A DNA stretch of 64,000 bases from assembly GCA_964016885.1 (NCBI GenBank), contig OZ024745.1:68076001-68140000 (forward strand). Direction: 5' to 3'. The notes under the pieces are model-generated. The model was given only the letters and a program-made list of their open reading frames with translations, did no database searches and was not told the DNA's origin. Made by a program: the position numbers and the translations under genes. Of the stretch, positions 13,901 through 27,719 are shown in pieces (the first letter of the stretch is position 1; each line of letters begins with the position of its first letter). The stretch comes from Eledone cirrhosa (lineage: Eukaryota).

Positions 13901-14335
13901 GGACCCCTCGAAAAAGATCTGTCCCAGATGCGTGCGCGACGAGGAAACCGTTGTGCACGCATTGGTACACTGCTCGGGCGTTGCCGATCTGTGGGACTAT
14001 GTCGAACGACTGCTGTCACGGGTGGGACCAATCCGGTTGACCACCGAGTCCATTGTAACGATCAAGCCGCCTCCCCCTTCAAAAATGAAGGAGAGGCGGT
14101 CTTCCTCTGTGTAATAGCCATGGTGAAAGAGGTGGTATGGTGGACACGTTTGAAAGGGCTGAGGTCGGACACCATTCTCTCCGGCCAACAATTGGTCCTT
14201 TTCTTTAAATACCATTTTAAGAGAAGGATCAGAATGGAGAGAGAGGTGCTCTACCCCAGCAAGTTTTATGAAAGGTGGGAGAAAGTAGCGAGAATGGCTC
14301 GTGTGAATGGGCCTTCTCTCTTTATCAGCCTGTAG
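10927..14335 (+). pseudogene. LINE ORF2 (APE endonuclease, reverse transcriptase, zinc finger) with stops and frameshifts
   Basis: APE motifs: LNARGL, VGDWNGIL, SYLDRFLV, YSDHKLV. RT motifs: RPITLLNAELKILAK, LDQSKAFDRVDH, RQGCPLS, YADD (12977). Zinc finger CPRC...ETVVHALVHC. Stops at 11374 and 12271; frameshifts near 12760, 13660-13810 and 14070. Confidence 0.95.
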
Positions 14336-15782
14336 GTGGAAAGGTGGAAATTCAAAGGAACACCCCCTCTTTGTGCTCCTAAGGAAAAGGGTTACACACT
14401 TCTTCGGGGGTGTGTGTAACCCCCAAAACGGCTCCTCCCTATTGAGGACTGTATTGTTAATTTTATATTTGTTATTTGTTTTTTACTCGTTCCCTTATGT
14501 AAACTCCCCCCTTGTATTTGTCCCCTTCTTTTGTGCCCTCGTGGCAAATAAATAGAAACTTATCTATCTATTGCCTGCTTATTTATCCACCCCCCATCTC
14601 TCTCTATCTATCTATATCTCTCTCTATCAATCTATCTACCTAGTCAGCAATCCACAATCAAACAGATGATATATGACATCTAGGTAACTGGTAAAGCCAT
14701 CAACTTCTCTTCAACTTCTTTTCAAATAGTCTTGAAAAGCTGGTAGCTTCGGTGAAACTTCGAAGTAAAAAGTCACTATTAATAACAAATATCATAAGTA
14801 TTTTATGGATGTTTAGATGTTTAGTGTGTTTATACATATACATATGATACTAATCAAATGACTAGTAAGAAAATTATTCGACTTAGTACTCCATAATTTC
14901 ATCATGATCACTACCACTACCATCACTATCATCACCATCATCCTCATCACCACAATATTCATCCTCACCTAAAATTATGTTGATGATAGAATATAATGAT
15001 TTTCACAGTCATAAGAGTCGGATATTCAGTTCACGGAACAATTAAATGACCATCGTTAAAACCGACGGAGAATCCATAATTATTTTTGTAAACGAACAAA
15101 GAAAAAAAAAAATGAGAAAAAAATTGAGTAGCTGTTGAGATAAGTTCTCATCCAACAGAATTCTGTATTGTGAAATATCAGTTTCTCCGAGGTTAATATG
15201 AAAGACCACCCTATATCCAGTTACATGTTAGTTAACACATTAATAACAACTAAGCTATTCAGAAACGCCCGGTGCATTTTTCTTTCATTAAAGACGTTTC
15301 TTATCTGAGAGACTAATTGAAATAAAACGGAAAAGGATCATTACATTCAGTAATTATTCCTTCTTACCATTCTTTATAAACATGCCATACTGCTCGCAAA
15401 TCTTTCTGGACAACTTTAAATCAATGCCAAAATAGAATTAATATGAATTTCCTGTATTTTACGTAAATGTTTGTAAAATTATGAAGCAAGGAAAGAACTT
15501 AAATAACAGCCCCAAAGATAAATGTAAATGTAATCTTTTAAAAGCTTTATAGAAGGAAAGAAATAATAAATAATTATTTGGCACTATACGATTAAAAATA
15601 AATTAAAATCTATTAGTTTTTCACAACGTATATACAATGACATAAGACGACGAATTGGCAGAATCGTTAAAAACTTCGTGATATTGGGTTGTGGGTTCTG
15701 AGATCAAATTACACCGAGGTTAACTTTACTTTCCATTCTTTTGAGGCCGATAAACGAAATACCAGCACAATTGTATAGTAGA

Positions 15783-16687
15783 CTAGCAGATTTACCCGGC
15801 GTTGCTCGGGGTTTGAAATTATGCTAAGAATATACAGCTAGGAAGTAAAAGAAGAACATTATTTGTCCCCAACCTGTCAAAATAAGCAGAAGTCTTCAAT
15901 AATTAATGCAAACGAATATTTAGTGCAATCATTGTACACATAAAACTATGCTGATAATGAAGGAAACACTGAACAGGATGTAGTTATACAAATGATTAAA
16001 GACAATACACGTTGCAAATCTGTAAAAAAACAGGCAGTTTTGCTAAAGTACAAAAAGTTGTAATGAAAGCAGAGTTGTATACAAACAAAAAAACAATGAG
16101 AGTAGAATAAGAGAAAATTTATTCTTTGAGAGCATCCTTTGCTGTGTATGGTTACATTTTGAACTTATAATCCAAAATATCATGCATGACATATTCATTG
16201 GTATGTTTTGTAATGAGTAAGGTGAAGTCAAGGCAGAGCTGTAATAAGTTTTTTGTTAACACTAAAGCACTTCAGGATAGACGATAATCTTTGTTTTTCT
16301 TTTCGGAACAAACGCAAAGAGATTATCTCGACTGCCAACTCGTGAGCAGGCAACGTAGAAAAGCAAGGTTCATCCAAGAGAATTCCAGCGACGGACAGAG
16401 TTTGACTGTTTATATTTCTGAAAAGTTGGTTATCTCCCTTTTTTTATAAGGATTGTCAATAAAGTTGGTTAACTCCCTTACATCAATTTTGCTACCGATA
16501 ATTTTGATATCGATTTTTTTTATTGTTGAACGTGGGTCGATTTGAAAAATGTTTGTGATGTGACAATCTTAGCGACCTGTGCAACGTGCACAGACAATTT
16601 GGTCAAATTCAGTTGGTAATTGTAAAAGCCTTAAGTATGCAAAGTTGTACACAGACACACACATCCTCGCTTTTATATATATAAAGA
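15783..16687 (-). mobile_element. Non-autonomous Helitron with helicase remnant
   Basis: The minus strand starts TCTTTATATATATAAAAG and ends with hairpin CCCGAGCAACGCCGGG...CTAG. It is inserted between A and T. Confidence 0.88.
16262..16407 (-). pseudogene. Helitron RepHel Pif1-like helicase C-terminal fragment
   Basis: Translates as SQTLSVAGILLDEPCFS, then after a small deletion YVACSRVGSRDNLFAFVPKRKTKIIVYPEVL*. This matches the Pif1 QGQTL...FSHGQLYVAxSRV...NIVYxEVL terminus. Confidence 0.88.
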
Positions 16688-17370
16688 TTCTTCTTTTACA
16701 TCTCTTTCTCTGGAAGAAATCGGTTGTATCCAGATCTGGTCAGGATGGGCGTTGCCTAATCTTCGTCAGGATCCAGGGTCCATAGAATGGGATCAATTTT
16801 GACAACTAATATATACAGACATATGCTGTGTCTGGACCTGCGTAAATATTTACAAAAGAATGTCAGTTATATTGGTTATTAAATGATTCTTAATGGGTTC
16901 ATGTATGATAAACTGCCAAACAAATTCCTAAACACAAATATTCTTTGTTCAGAGTTAATTAATCCATGTGGGAGTTATTTGTACCATTGAAAATAATTAA
17001 TCAGAGTGTAAGCCAATTTAGCACTCGACGTAGAAGCAACAGTTTATAATAGTATGGATCTTTATATAGTAAGTTATCCACGGAGTATGGACGTATGGGA
17101 ATTGATACAAAGGCAGGTAGTTAAAATTCATAATGCATATTTCTGTTCTTTCCATATTTTTATTGAGGTTACGTAATTACGTAATTTCGATTATATAAAT
17201 CTCTTCAAACGTAATTACAAAATAATATACTGTTACAATGGCATTACAGGGTATAGTCATCGGATGTTCGCTTCATGTTTATATAGTAACATTTGTGGGC
17301 AGAAATATGTAGGTGTGGTCAAAACTAATACCATATAAACATGAAGTGTGTATACATAAATATGTATATG

Positions 17371-17439
<69 letters not shown>

Positions 17440-17893
17440 TTATGCAGAACTGATGAGAAATCTGCAGATACTCCACCCTGATTACACCTTCAGATTTATG
17501 CCTGTGATTATTGGAGCACTGGGATATGTTAGTAACTGCCTCAATACAAATCTTGAGAAGCTTAGATTTCACAGGAACAGAAAGAACACTAGTTAGGAAA
17601 TTACAAGTACAATCCATTAATGGAACAGTAAAAATATGTAAAACATTCCAAAAATTTTGCATCTAATAACTGCATATACACATGTACAGATACAAAGCAT
17701 ATACACATGCACACATACAACTCAAAACATCCACATCCACACATACAATAACATCCATATCTACAGATGCATGCATACATACATATCTACCTAGTTGATG
17801 TGTAAATTCCAATGAGAGAGTCTTGTGTCTATGTTAGAAACCGACTCTCTCTCTTTATTGGTAAAACTTTGTGAAATTATAAAACCAGAAGAA
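17440..17893 (+). mobile_element. 3' fragment of an RLE-type LINE (R4/Dong-like)
   Basis: Translates LQILHPDYTFRFMPVIIGALGYVSNCLNTNLEKL...KLQVQSINGTVKICKTF, homologous to 24394-24800. It abuts (CA)n. Confidence 0.75.
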
Positions 17894-19040
17894 CATACAC
17901 ACATACATACATATAATATAATAAAAAATAAGATTGGTTAGTGGTTAGGTTGTTTGTCTCACGATCGCAAGATTGAGAGTTCAGTCCAAGGCAGCGTGTA
18001 GTAAAGCAATTTATTTCACATTAGTCGGAAAAACTAATTTGAACCTGTAATTCAAAGGGAGCAGCCTTGTCACACAGTGTGTCCTGCTGGATCTCCCTAA
18101 GAATTACGTTAAGCATACATATATTTATAGAGTGGTCAAATGCTTACTCGTTAATTTCTCAAGTAGGTTGTTCCATCAATATATAAATGTGAGCGGCTTC
18201 CCTCCGTCACGCAATGTGTGTGTGAATGTATGAGTGTGTAAAAGGAAGGAAGGGGATGGTGAAAAAACAATAACAAAACAGTGTGAATGTATGTGTGTGT
18301 TTGTGTTAATGTATTTGTGTGAATGTATGTCTGTGAGTGTGTATTTTTGTAAGTGTGTCTGTGTATGCGCGTTTATATTTATATACTCATACATATACAT
18401 GTATGAATATGCGCATACACACACGCACACAAAGATAAACATACGCGTCAGCGTGTCGAAAAAACCTCTGGTTGATAAAAAAAAAACTGGAACACGTGTC
18501 GTCGTAACTTACAGAGATCTAATACACAGAACACGAAGTAACTTAATCAAGGAAATTAGTAATTTCTTTAGTTCGTATATCGGAAATATCAGGTTGAATA
18601 AGATGAAAGTTATCTAACAATCAGTAAAATAACTTTCTTGTTTCTCAGACCATGCTATCGAAACTATATATTTCAATCAAACGTTCCACTAGTTAAAACA
18701 ACTGTACACTAATTGTACTAATCATGCAACATGTACATTGTAAAGGAATATGAATAATTAATTTTCATGATATCAACCGAAGTCAGTGAAAAAACAAAAA
18801 AACGTCTTTCGCATTGAATCTCAATTAAGCAAACCATGTGAGCTAAAATATGTAGGAAGCAAAGTCTCTCTCTCTCACTCTCTCTCTCTCAATCTCTCTC
18901 TCCCTCTCTCCCCCTCCCCCCTCTCTCTCCCTCCCTCTCTTTGTATTGTTTATATGTATATGTATAAGTATTATTTATACACATATATATATGTAGACGC
19001 ATATATATATGTAGACGCATATATATATATATATATATAT

Positions 19041-19270
19041 TTATTAAAATAACAGATTAAAGTTTCAGCAAAGAATCGCTGCTTTCACCCTTAACGGGAT
19101 CTTCTGAGTTTCAGAAGATCCCGTTAAGGGTGAAAGCAGCGATTCTTTGCTTAAACTTTAATCTGTTATTTTAATAAATATTTGCTCTACGGTTCTTATA
19201 TGTTTGATATATATTTATCCTTATCGAGCCCTCTTTGGATTTTAGTCTTCAAATTTATTATTATTACTAT
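19041..19270 (+). mobile_element. Fold-back cassette with variant hammerhead-like core
   Basis: Arms of about 67 bp around loop 19108-19110. Reads AGTTT-CAGAAGA-tccc-gttaa-gggt-GAAAGCA...TGCTT-AAACT at 19107-19157. The same sequence recurs at 45165-45215. Confidence 0.6.
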
Positions 19271-19390
19271 ATATATATATACGGGTGCATAAATATTCAC
19301 AATCTTTGAATTCAGTATTACTGTAAATGTTATGGAACATTAAAAGGTACCGATTTATATAACCCAAGCTTTCCTAATCAGGTTTATATA

Positions 19391-19464
<74 letters not shown>

Positions 19465-19831
19465 AACACAATGACATAAACAAAAAAATGAATATAAAAA
19501 ACTTATATATGGACACAATTTTCTGCAAATATAAAATGTCCACGAATTAAATCAACGTCGAACTTGGTTAAATATCTAAATAACTAAAGAAAAGCATCTA
19601 ACTAGTATATATGCTTTTAAACATTGAAGGAATATAAATACGATAAGAGAAAGCAATGACGTAATATATTCTAGAGAATAAAAGGAATCACAAGAAACAA
19701 AAAAGTTCTACAAGCTCTATTAGTTTATTTATAATACAGCCAGGGAAAATGTTTTTAGTAGATTGTATGAATATACTTCTACAGATTAATTTTGTATATG
19801 TAAACGTAAATTTAATTTACATCTAAGACTG

Positions 19832-19834
<3 letters not shown>

Positions 19835-19893
<59 letters not shown>

Positions 19894-20145
19894 TATATAT
19901 ATTTATATATATATATATATATAAAAATATATATATGTTTATATATATATATATATATATAAATATATATATATTTATATATATATATATATATATAAAT
20001 ATATATATATTTATATATATATATATATATAAATATATATATATTTATATATATATATTTATATATATATATATAAATATATATATATTTATATATATAT
20101 ATTTATATATATATAAATATATATATATTTATATATATATATATT

Positions 20146-20213
<68 letters not shown>

Positions 20214-20236
20214 AATATATATATAAATATATATAA

Positions 20237-20269
<33 letters not shown>

Positions 20270-20272
20270 AAT

Positions 20273-20367
<95 letters not shown>

Positions 20368-20376
20368 AATATACAT

Positions 20377-20447
<71 letters not shown>

Positions 20448-20517
20448 TATATATATCCTGATGATTTCTAATGAATGAAACAGTTCTAGTCCTGTAGAAT
20501 CTCATCTATATTAAAAC

Positions 20518-20571
<54 letters not shown>

Positions 20572-20584
20572 AATATATATATAA

Positions 20585-20619
<35 letters not shown>

Positions 20620-20620
20620 C

Positions 20621-20663
<43 letters not shown>

Positions 20664-20732
20664 TATATATACGTGTATATATGTATATATATATATATAT
20701 ATATACGTGTATATATATATATATATATATAC

Positions 20733-20814
<82 letters not shown>

Positions 20815-20938
20815 GTGTATATATGTATATATAAATATATATATATATATATATACGTGTATATATGTATATATATATATATAAATATATATATATATAC
20901 GTGTATATATGTATATATATATATATAAATATATATAA

Positions 20939-20980
<42 letters not shown>

Positions 20981-21014
20981 GTGTATATATGTATATATAT
21001 GTATATATATATAA

Positions 21015-21057
<43 letters not shown>

Positions 21058-21183
21058 TATACATATATATACGTGTATATAAATATATATATATATAAAT
21101 ATATAAATATATATATATACACACGTGTGTTTGTATGTGTGTGAATGCGTGTGTGTTTTTCGCATGTAGGTATGTGAGCGTGC

Positions 21184-21245
<62 letters not shown>
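19835..21245. repeat. Long degenerate (TA)n array
   Basis: About 1.4 kb of TA repeats with TAAA, TTTA and ACGTG interruptions. Confidence 0.97.
20456..20518 (+). ncRNA. Isolated hammerhead core embedded in the (TA)n array
   Basis: CTGATGA at 20458; GAAACAG-ttctagtc-CTGT; GTA at 20494-20496. Same family as 51353-51405, truncated in stem I. Confidence 0.7.
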
Positions 21246-21246
<1 letters not shown>

Positions 21247-21652
21247 TTTCGCAGGAGAAAATTTCTCTTCAGACAACACGGGGAAGAGAAACTAATTAGT
21301 ATTGTCAAGAAGTGAAAAAATTATCAAAACTTGTAGAACAACAATATACTAAAAATGGAGTAAATTTCCAGAAAACAAATTTGAGTCAATTACGAGAGGA
21401 AAAATCAATTTGTTTTAATTCTAATAGTAATTTATTGTTGATGATTCTTTAATCTTTTTCTTTTTCTATATATATATATGAGGTGTTTGTTGACTTATTA
21501 TTTCAGTAAGAACACAGATGTTTTTCTCTCGCCTTTTATCAATCCATTCTATTTATTTCTACCTGTATCTATTGTGGAGACATCATAGCCGAGGCCGAAT
21601 TGTAAAGTGGTTTGCTTCACAACCATAATATCTGTCTGTTCGAACCCGCGAC

Positions 21653-22480
21653 GTGGCGGGTTTGAAATGTTTTACTATAGTCTAGAGTCGACCCAAGCCA
21701 TGTGAGTGAAATGTGGCGGGTTTGAAATGTTTTACTATAGTCTAGAGTCGACCCAAGCCCTGTGAGTGAAATGTGGCGGGTTTGAAATGTTTACTATAGC
21801 CTAGAGTCGATCCAAGCCACGTGAGTGAAATGTGGCGGGTTTGAAATGTTTACTATAGCCTAGAGTCGATCCAAGCCACGTGAGTGAAATGTGGCGGGTT
21901 TGAAATGTTTACTATAGTCTAGAGTCGATCCAAGCCATGTGAGTGAAATGTGACGGGTTTGAAATGTTTACTATAGCCTAGAGTCGATCCAAGCCATGTG
22001 AGTGAAATGTGGCGGGTTTGAAATGTTTACTATAGTCTAGAGTCGATCCAAGCCATGTGAGTGAAATGTGGCGGGTTTGAAATGTTTACTATAGTCTAGA
22101 GTCGACCCAAGCCATGTGAGTGAAATGTGGCGGGTTTGAAATGTTTACTATAGTCTAGAGTCGACCCAAGCCATGTGAGTGAAATGTGGCGGGTTTGAAA
22201 TGTTTACTATAGTCTAGAGTCGACCCAAGCCATGTGAGTGAAATGTGGCGGGTTTGAAATGTTTACTATAGTCTAGAGTCGACCCAAGCCATGTGAGTGA
22301 AATGTGGCGGGTTTGAAATGTTTACTATAGTCTAGAGTCGACCCAAGCCATGTGAGTGAAATGTGGCGGGTTTGAAATGTTTACTATAGTCTAGAGTCGA
22401 CCCAAGCCATGTGAGTGAAATGTGGCGGGTTTGAAATGTTTACTATAGCCTAGAGTAGATCCAAGCCATGTGAGTAAAAT
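21653..22480 (+). repeat. Minisatellite, 14 units of 59-60 bp, derived from a SINE interior
   Basis: Unit GTGGCGGGTTTGAAATGTTTACTATAGTCTAGAGTCGACCCAAGCCATGTGAGTGAAAT with no spacers. SINE head and tail sequence flank the array. Confidence 0.93.
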
Positions 22481-23823
22481 TGATAAGATGGAAATTATTT
22501 GGAAGCCAGTTGGATTGGCTGTATCTGTAATTCAAAGGGCCTGCCGTATCACAAACTGTATCACATTGAATCTCCCTGAGATTTACGTTAAGAGTGCATG
22601 TGTCTAGGCAATACTCGGTTATTTACTCTATAATATGTAATTCAAAGGCCAAGCGTTCTTAAACACTGTGTCATGTTGAATCTTCTAAAGAATTACATTA
22701 CGGGTACATATATCTCTGGTATATTTATCAACTTACGCTATAATCAAAATCGCCTTCAAATTTTTTGGAACCACTGAGCGGAATGCTTGATACATTGTGA
22801 AAAAAAAAAAAAAATGAATTCGGGGTTACTGAGTTGGCAACCTTTCAAAGCTACTGAGCGGCAATATTTTTATTTGCGTGGTACCAATACAACTACTGTA
22901 TGAACGTGCACCCGTGCAGCTTAGATAGAACGTTACCTATAATATAAGATATATAGTACCTGTAATTGAGAAAGAGAACTGTAATTGTAACCGAATCTCA
23001 CTGAGAATCACGTTATGGCTATACATGTTGACTTAATGCTCAATTATTTTAACGTTAATTTCACGAGAAAGTTGTTCTGTCAATGTAAAAATTGGAACAC
23101 TCATCGTCGAAGTCGACGGAGAACCATCTTATTCCATCTCCATTTCTTTTAGAGTTTCCTTCTGTATTTAAAGAATTTAAGAATCTAATTTCAAGTGATA
23201 ATTTTGAAGATTTATGCCTGGATTATGTGGTTCCCAAATTACATTCCACAGAAGTTGATTAAAAAAAAAAATGTCTCGCGAAACATACATTTTCACAGTG
23301 ATCAGAAATTGATTTTCATTCACGCATTAAAAAATAAAAAAATAGATGTGGTGGAATGAAAATCAGTTTCTGATTAGCGTGAAAACTGTTTGCTTAAACT
23401 TTAATCTGTTCTTATAATAAATATTTGCTTCACGGGTTTATATATATATATATTATATATATATAATCCTTATCGAGTCGCTCTTCAAACTTAAGTTCTG
23501 TTATCGCTGTGGTCTTGGATTTTCTTACCTTATGTTGCTTGCACATTTCTCGGTTTGTTGTTTTTTTCGCTCTTTTCTCTTTTCTTCCCTTTTTCCTTTT
23601 TTCCCTTCTATTTTCCTTCTCTCTCTCCTCCGTTTTCCCAATAACTTACCCAGTTATTGAACGTTCTGGGGGTAGATATATTGTCTTTAAAGCGTTGAAA
23701 TATCCGTGACTCCCAGTAGACAACTGACGAGGAAAACTCCCCCACCACCGTTCTTGCTTTCTTCTTATTCTCATTCCATTTTAAAGCCTAACTTAACTAG
23801 CACCTACACAGCCATCCTATTCT

Positions 23824-23860
<37 letters not shown>

Positions 23861-24393
23861 AGTAAATTTGTCACGAATATACATAACATCTCAATAAAAA
23901 AGAGATCATTCAGAGAAGCAAATAATATGGAACATTTTATGTTTTAGGTTGCTCGACTAAGAATATACCCCTAGTGAAAGATGATTGTGATTAGTTTACT
24001 GTAATCTACTCTGTGATTTTGTATAAATGCGAGGTAAATTCACTTTCGTATATGCACCAGCCGTAATTCAATATCCATCTGTTCAGATTTGATTCTAGGG
24101 TGAAGTCAACTGACTTCACTCTTATAGACTTAAACATGGCGCAGTCTTATTGCCCTGATGTAACTTACTTGGCTGTCTGCCTAGGTAGAAAACAAATAAA
24201 TTTTAGATATATAGATTTACTGTGTCACAGGTTAAGAAACAAGGTATTTGATGTCAATTCTGATTGTAATTTCTGAGATATGTATGTATTTGTGCAGTTA
24301 TATGTATATATGTTATCTCTTTCTCTTAATTTCGAGTATATTTTTTTGACCGGCCACCTTCCTGGTGGCAAGGTTGTAAAAGAAAAGAAATTG

Positions 24394-24800
24394 TCATCCC
24401 TTGAATCGCAAGAATGTTTTGCAAATTTTGAAGGTGCCAGCTATCGCAGCCATTTGTAGACTATGAATTAGGGAGCTGCGCTCTTTGTCCGCAAATCCAA
24501 GTTCAGTCATACTTTGGTCCAAACGGGTTGGTATATAACCCGTAGCTCCAATAATGATGGGTATGAAGCTAAAGGTGTATCTTGGATACTGGATTTGCAA
24601 ACTCCTCATCAATGGTCCGTAGATGTCCTCCTTCTCCTGTATTTTTCTGACAACGTTTACATCAAGTGGGCAGCTGATCTCCACAACAGAACACGTTTTC
24701 AATGTGTGCTCCCAAACAACAATATCAGGCCGGTTGTGCTTTAATTTGGTGGCAGTTTTTATTTTCAGGTTCCACCAGTATTCCTTAGTGCCATCTGTCT
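24394..24800 (-). pseudogene. R4/Dong-like LINE restriction-like endonuclease fragment
   Basis: EYWWNLKIKTATKLKHNRPDIVVWEHTLKTCSVVEISCPLD...KEDIYGPL...PIIIGATG. 5'-truncated at (TATG)n. Confidence 0.88.
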
Positions 24801-24801
24801 C

Positions 24802-24921
24802 ATGTATGTATGTATGTATGTATGTATGTATGTATGTATGTATGTATGTATGTATGTATGTATGTATGTATGTATGTATGTATGTATGTACGTATTCATG
24901 TATGTATGTGGTTGTCTATTC

Positions 24922-24952
<31 letters not shown>

Positions 24953-25215
24953 TGTATGTATGTATGTATGTATGTATGTATGTATGTATGTATGTAGTTG
25001 TCTATTCATATGTATGCATGCATGTATGTATATATTCATGAATGTATGTATGTAGTTGTGATTCATAACTATGTATGCATGTATGTATGAATGTATGCAT
25101 GTATGTATGTATGCACGTATTCATGTATGTATGTATGCATGTATGTATGTACGCACGTATTCATGTATGTATGCACGTATTCATGTATGTATATATTCAT
25201 ATGTATGTATGTATG
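24802..25215. repeat. (TATG)n microsatellite
   Basis: Directly visible. Confidence 0.95.
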
Positions 25216-25479
25216 TTTGATGGTATGTAGGTATTGATGTATAGAGAAGGCAACTAGTCGTGATTCTACAATTATACTCAGGTTAAGTTGGTATTTCTAA
25301 AATAAAAATTACGAGACTATATCATATATACTGAAGTTCTCGCTTTTATGGCAATAAAAATGATAAATTGCTGTTCAGTATGTCTGGCAATGACCCACGG
25401 CTGGCAAAAGAACCTCGTTTATTTGTGTAATTTAGAATCTCATAAAAAAGTAAGAAGATGAATTCATGTTTTCTACGAA

Positions 25480-25760
25480 ACTGTTTATCTATTATCTGTG
25501 TTCAGCTCACAATCTAAAAGTTGTGGGCCTCTTCATTGACCCATAAGTGTTGTTTCTCCTGTATTTTCTTACCACACTGGCGTGAAATGAGCAGTTGACT
25601 TCCTCATCAGGGTATGCTTTTATGTTATGGTCCCAAACAACAGTAGTAGATCGATCTCTGTTTAAATTGGTTGATGTCTTTATTCTTCGGTTCCACAAAT
25701 ATCCTTTTGATCCATCGGTTGCAATATATTAATCTTTATTTGATGATATTTTTTCTTCAT
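25480..25760 (-). pseudogene. Older, degraded R4/Dong-like endonuclease fragment
   Basis: ORF WNRRIKTSTNLNRDRSTTVVWDH...NTYGSMKR aligns by eye with the 24394-24800 peptide. The element may extend upstream to about 27600. Confidence 0.6.
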
Positions 25761-27719
25761 CCCACTATTTCAGATTTCTCTGTATACTACATGATACCTT
25801 ATAGAATGGTAGTTTCTGGTTGACATTCTCTTACAGTTAGTTATAATGTGACGAATATCTTCAGTTTTGTTTGTATAGCCTACATTTATTGGCTGCTGAT
25901 GATAACCTTCTTGCGTGCAAAAGGTTCATAGTCGGGAGTACTTGATCCTAGATTGCACTGAAATAACTTTCAACGCTTCGGTACTTCAAACATTTAATAT
26001 CGTGTATTCTCCCTATGATTCTTGTTTCGTTTCAACTAGCAATGTACAAGCCTATCATTGAACTGGCTTGTTTATTTTTATTGTTGCATCAAATAAGATT
26101 TTCCAATTTTTCTTGGGGAGACGCCAATGCTGGTTTTATTTCATGTTATTTTCTTAGTTCGTTAAGTATTATATTGAATCTGTTGATCTGTGTTCTAATC
26201 CAAGTATCATATAATGTTGCTAACAAATTAAGGCCACAGTGTCCTTTACATGAGAAATATAACCTCTCTGCATACCTCACCGATCCTGAGATATTAAGAT
26301 AAACGAAGCACTTCCCAATTTCTTATATCAATCTAGTTAAGTTCTTGTAGTGGCCAGTTCAGAAGGCATCATGCAGGAGTCAGGATGGGTACTGTAAAAC
26401 TGTTGCGACATATCTGTAGAAGGCTGAAACATGTCATCATCATGATTTCTTTGTACTTTGTATTCTTTCATTGTCCATTCTTGTTAATATGTTCTTCATA
26501 CTCGACATTTTCTTTCTGTTAATATACTTCTAGTTCTGTATAGGTTGTATTTTCAAACCATCCACGTTGACATTTTTTGTCCGGGCACCGACTTTTGTCA
26601 TTTTACTACAAATTATAATTATCATAAATTCACATTTAAACTCGACAAATTTCATTCCAGTATTTGAATATATTAGGTAATGTAATTTAATTGAATTTTC
26701 AACTAGTCCATGCAGCTGCAGATTGTTTACAAAGAATAAGTGAGATATATTTCTAAATTCAAAATATGTAATTTTCTAAACACCATCTTTTGTGAGCAGG
26801 TATTATAACGAGTTTACTTCTAAACATAGTACTGACAGTAGGCCAATGTCATTTAGGATGCCTTTGTGATAACAAATGATGTCAGATTGTTCTCACATCT
26901 CAGAAATATGAAGATTCTAGTTATTTGTGTAGTATAGCAGCTACAAGTGATTATGGTGCACTTGCTTGTTATAAAACTTGCCCTCGAAGACTATCTGATA
27001 CTCCAGCTACATTACAACCATTTTCCTATATTTCTTTACTCTTGTTGATTAGAAACTGCTCTAAGCAGTTCCATAGTTATTTCCACCGTCTGGTTATAAT
27101 ATTTTTGACAGAACAATTTATCTTCCTAGAGACAACCCTAGTGTATATCTTATACATGGTTGGGCAGTAATTTTTAGCTTGAGTATTTCAGTTATTTTAG
27201 AGAATGAGGTGAGTAAGAACAGTTGTTCATGTAGTGTTATAAAATCTCAGCAATATAAAGTGATATTCTTGTATCAATATACTGTTATAAAATCTGGCTG
27301 TGGGAATTTTCAGTTTGTTATTTACATTAGGAACATTTCCAGTTCTGTGCTAAAAATTTCATATTATTTTGTTTGAAGTAACTTGCTTGTAGTAGCTTTG
27401 AACTTATTCTTCTGATGATCTGTTCAGTATTTTGCGTTTTTAATATGCTTATTTGTACTTCAGTTTTCACTGTTGATATAAGTTCTTGTTTCAAGTGATG
27501 TAGTTTAGAATTTAAGTTTCAAATTTGTCTCCAAATTACTTTTCTAATTTGTGCTTTGGATGGCATTTGAATACATTATCTGTAATATACTTAATAACTT
27601 GGAGAATCTATGAAATATTTGCCTGTATCTTGCCTGGGATGAAAGAGTAATGTGATTGCTGACATTAATAACATAAGATTTATGTGTCTTATTACTAGCA
27701 AGGGTAGAAAGTGAGAAAT

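Larger units (their letters stand above)
8601..14558 (+). mobile_element. Near-full-length L1/Tx1-clade non-LTR retrotransposon, disabled
   Basis: 5' UTR; ORF1 with a CCHC knuckle; ORF2 with APE, RT and C-terminal zinc finger; 3' UTR with AATAAA at 14547. (CTAT)n lies on both flanks. The 5' boundary is approximate. Confidence 0.9.

Noticed and set aside
21653-22480. CRISPR-like array
   Set aside because: The units are contiguous near-identical repeats with no unique spacers, there are no cas genes, and the context is a eukaryotic SINE.
23720-23745. CTGACGA-GG-aaaa-CT hammerhead start
   Set aside because: The 3' half of the core is absent, so at best this is a truncated remnant.
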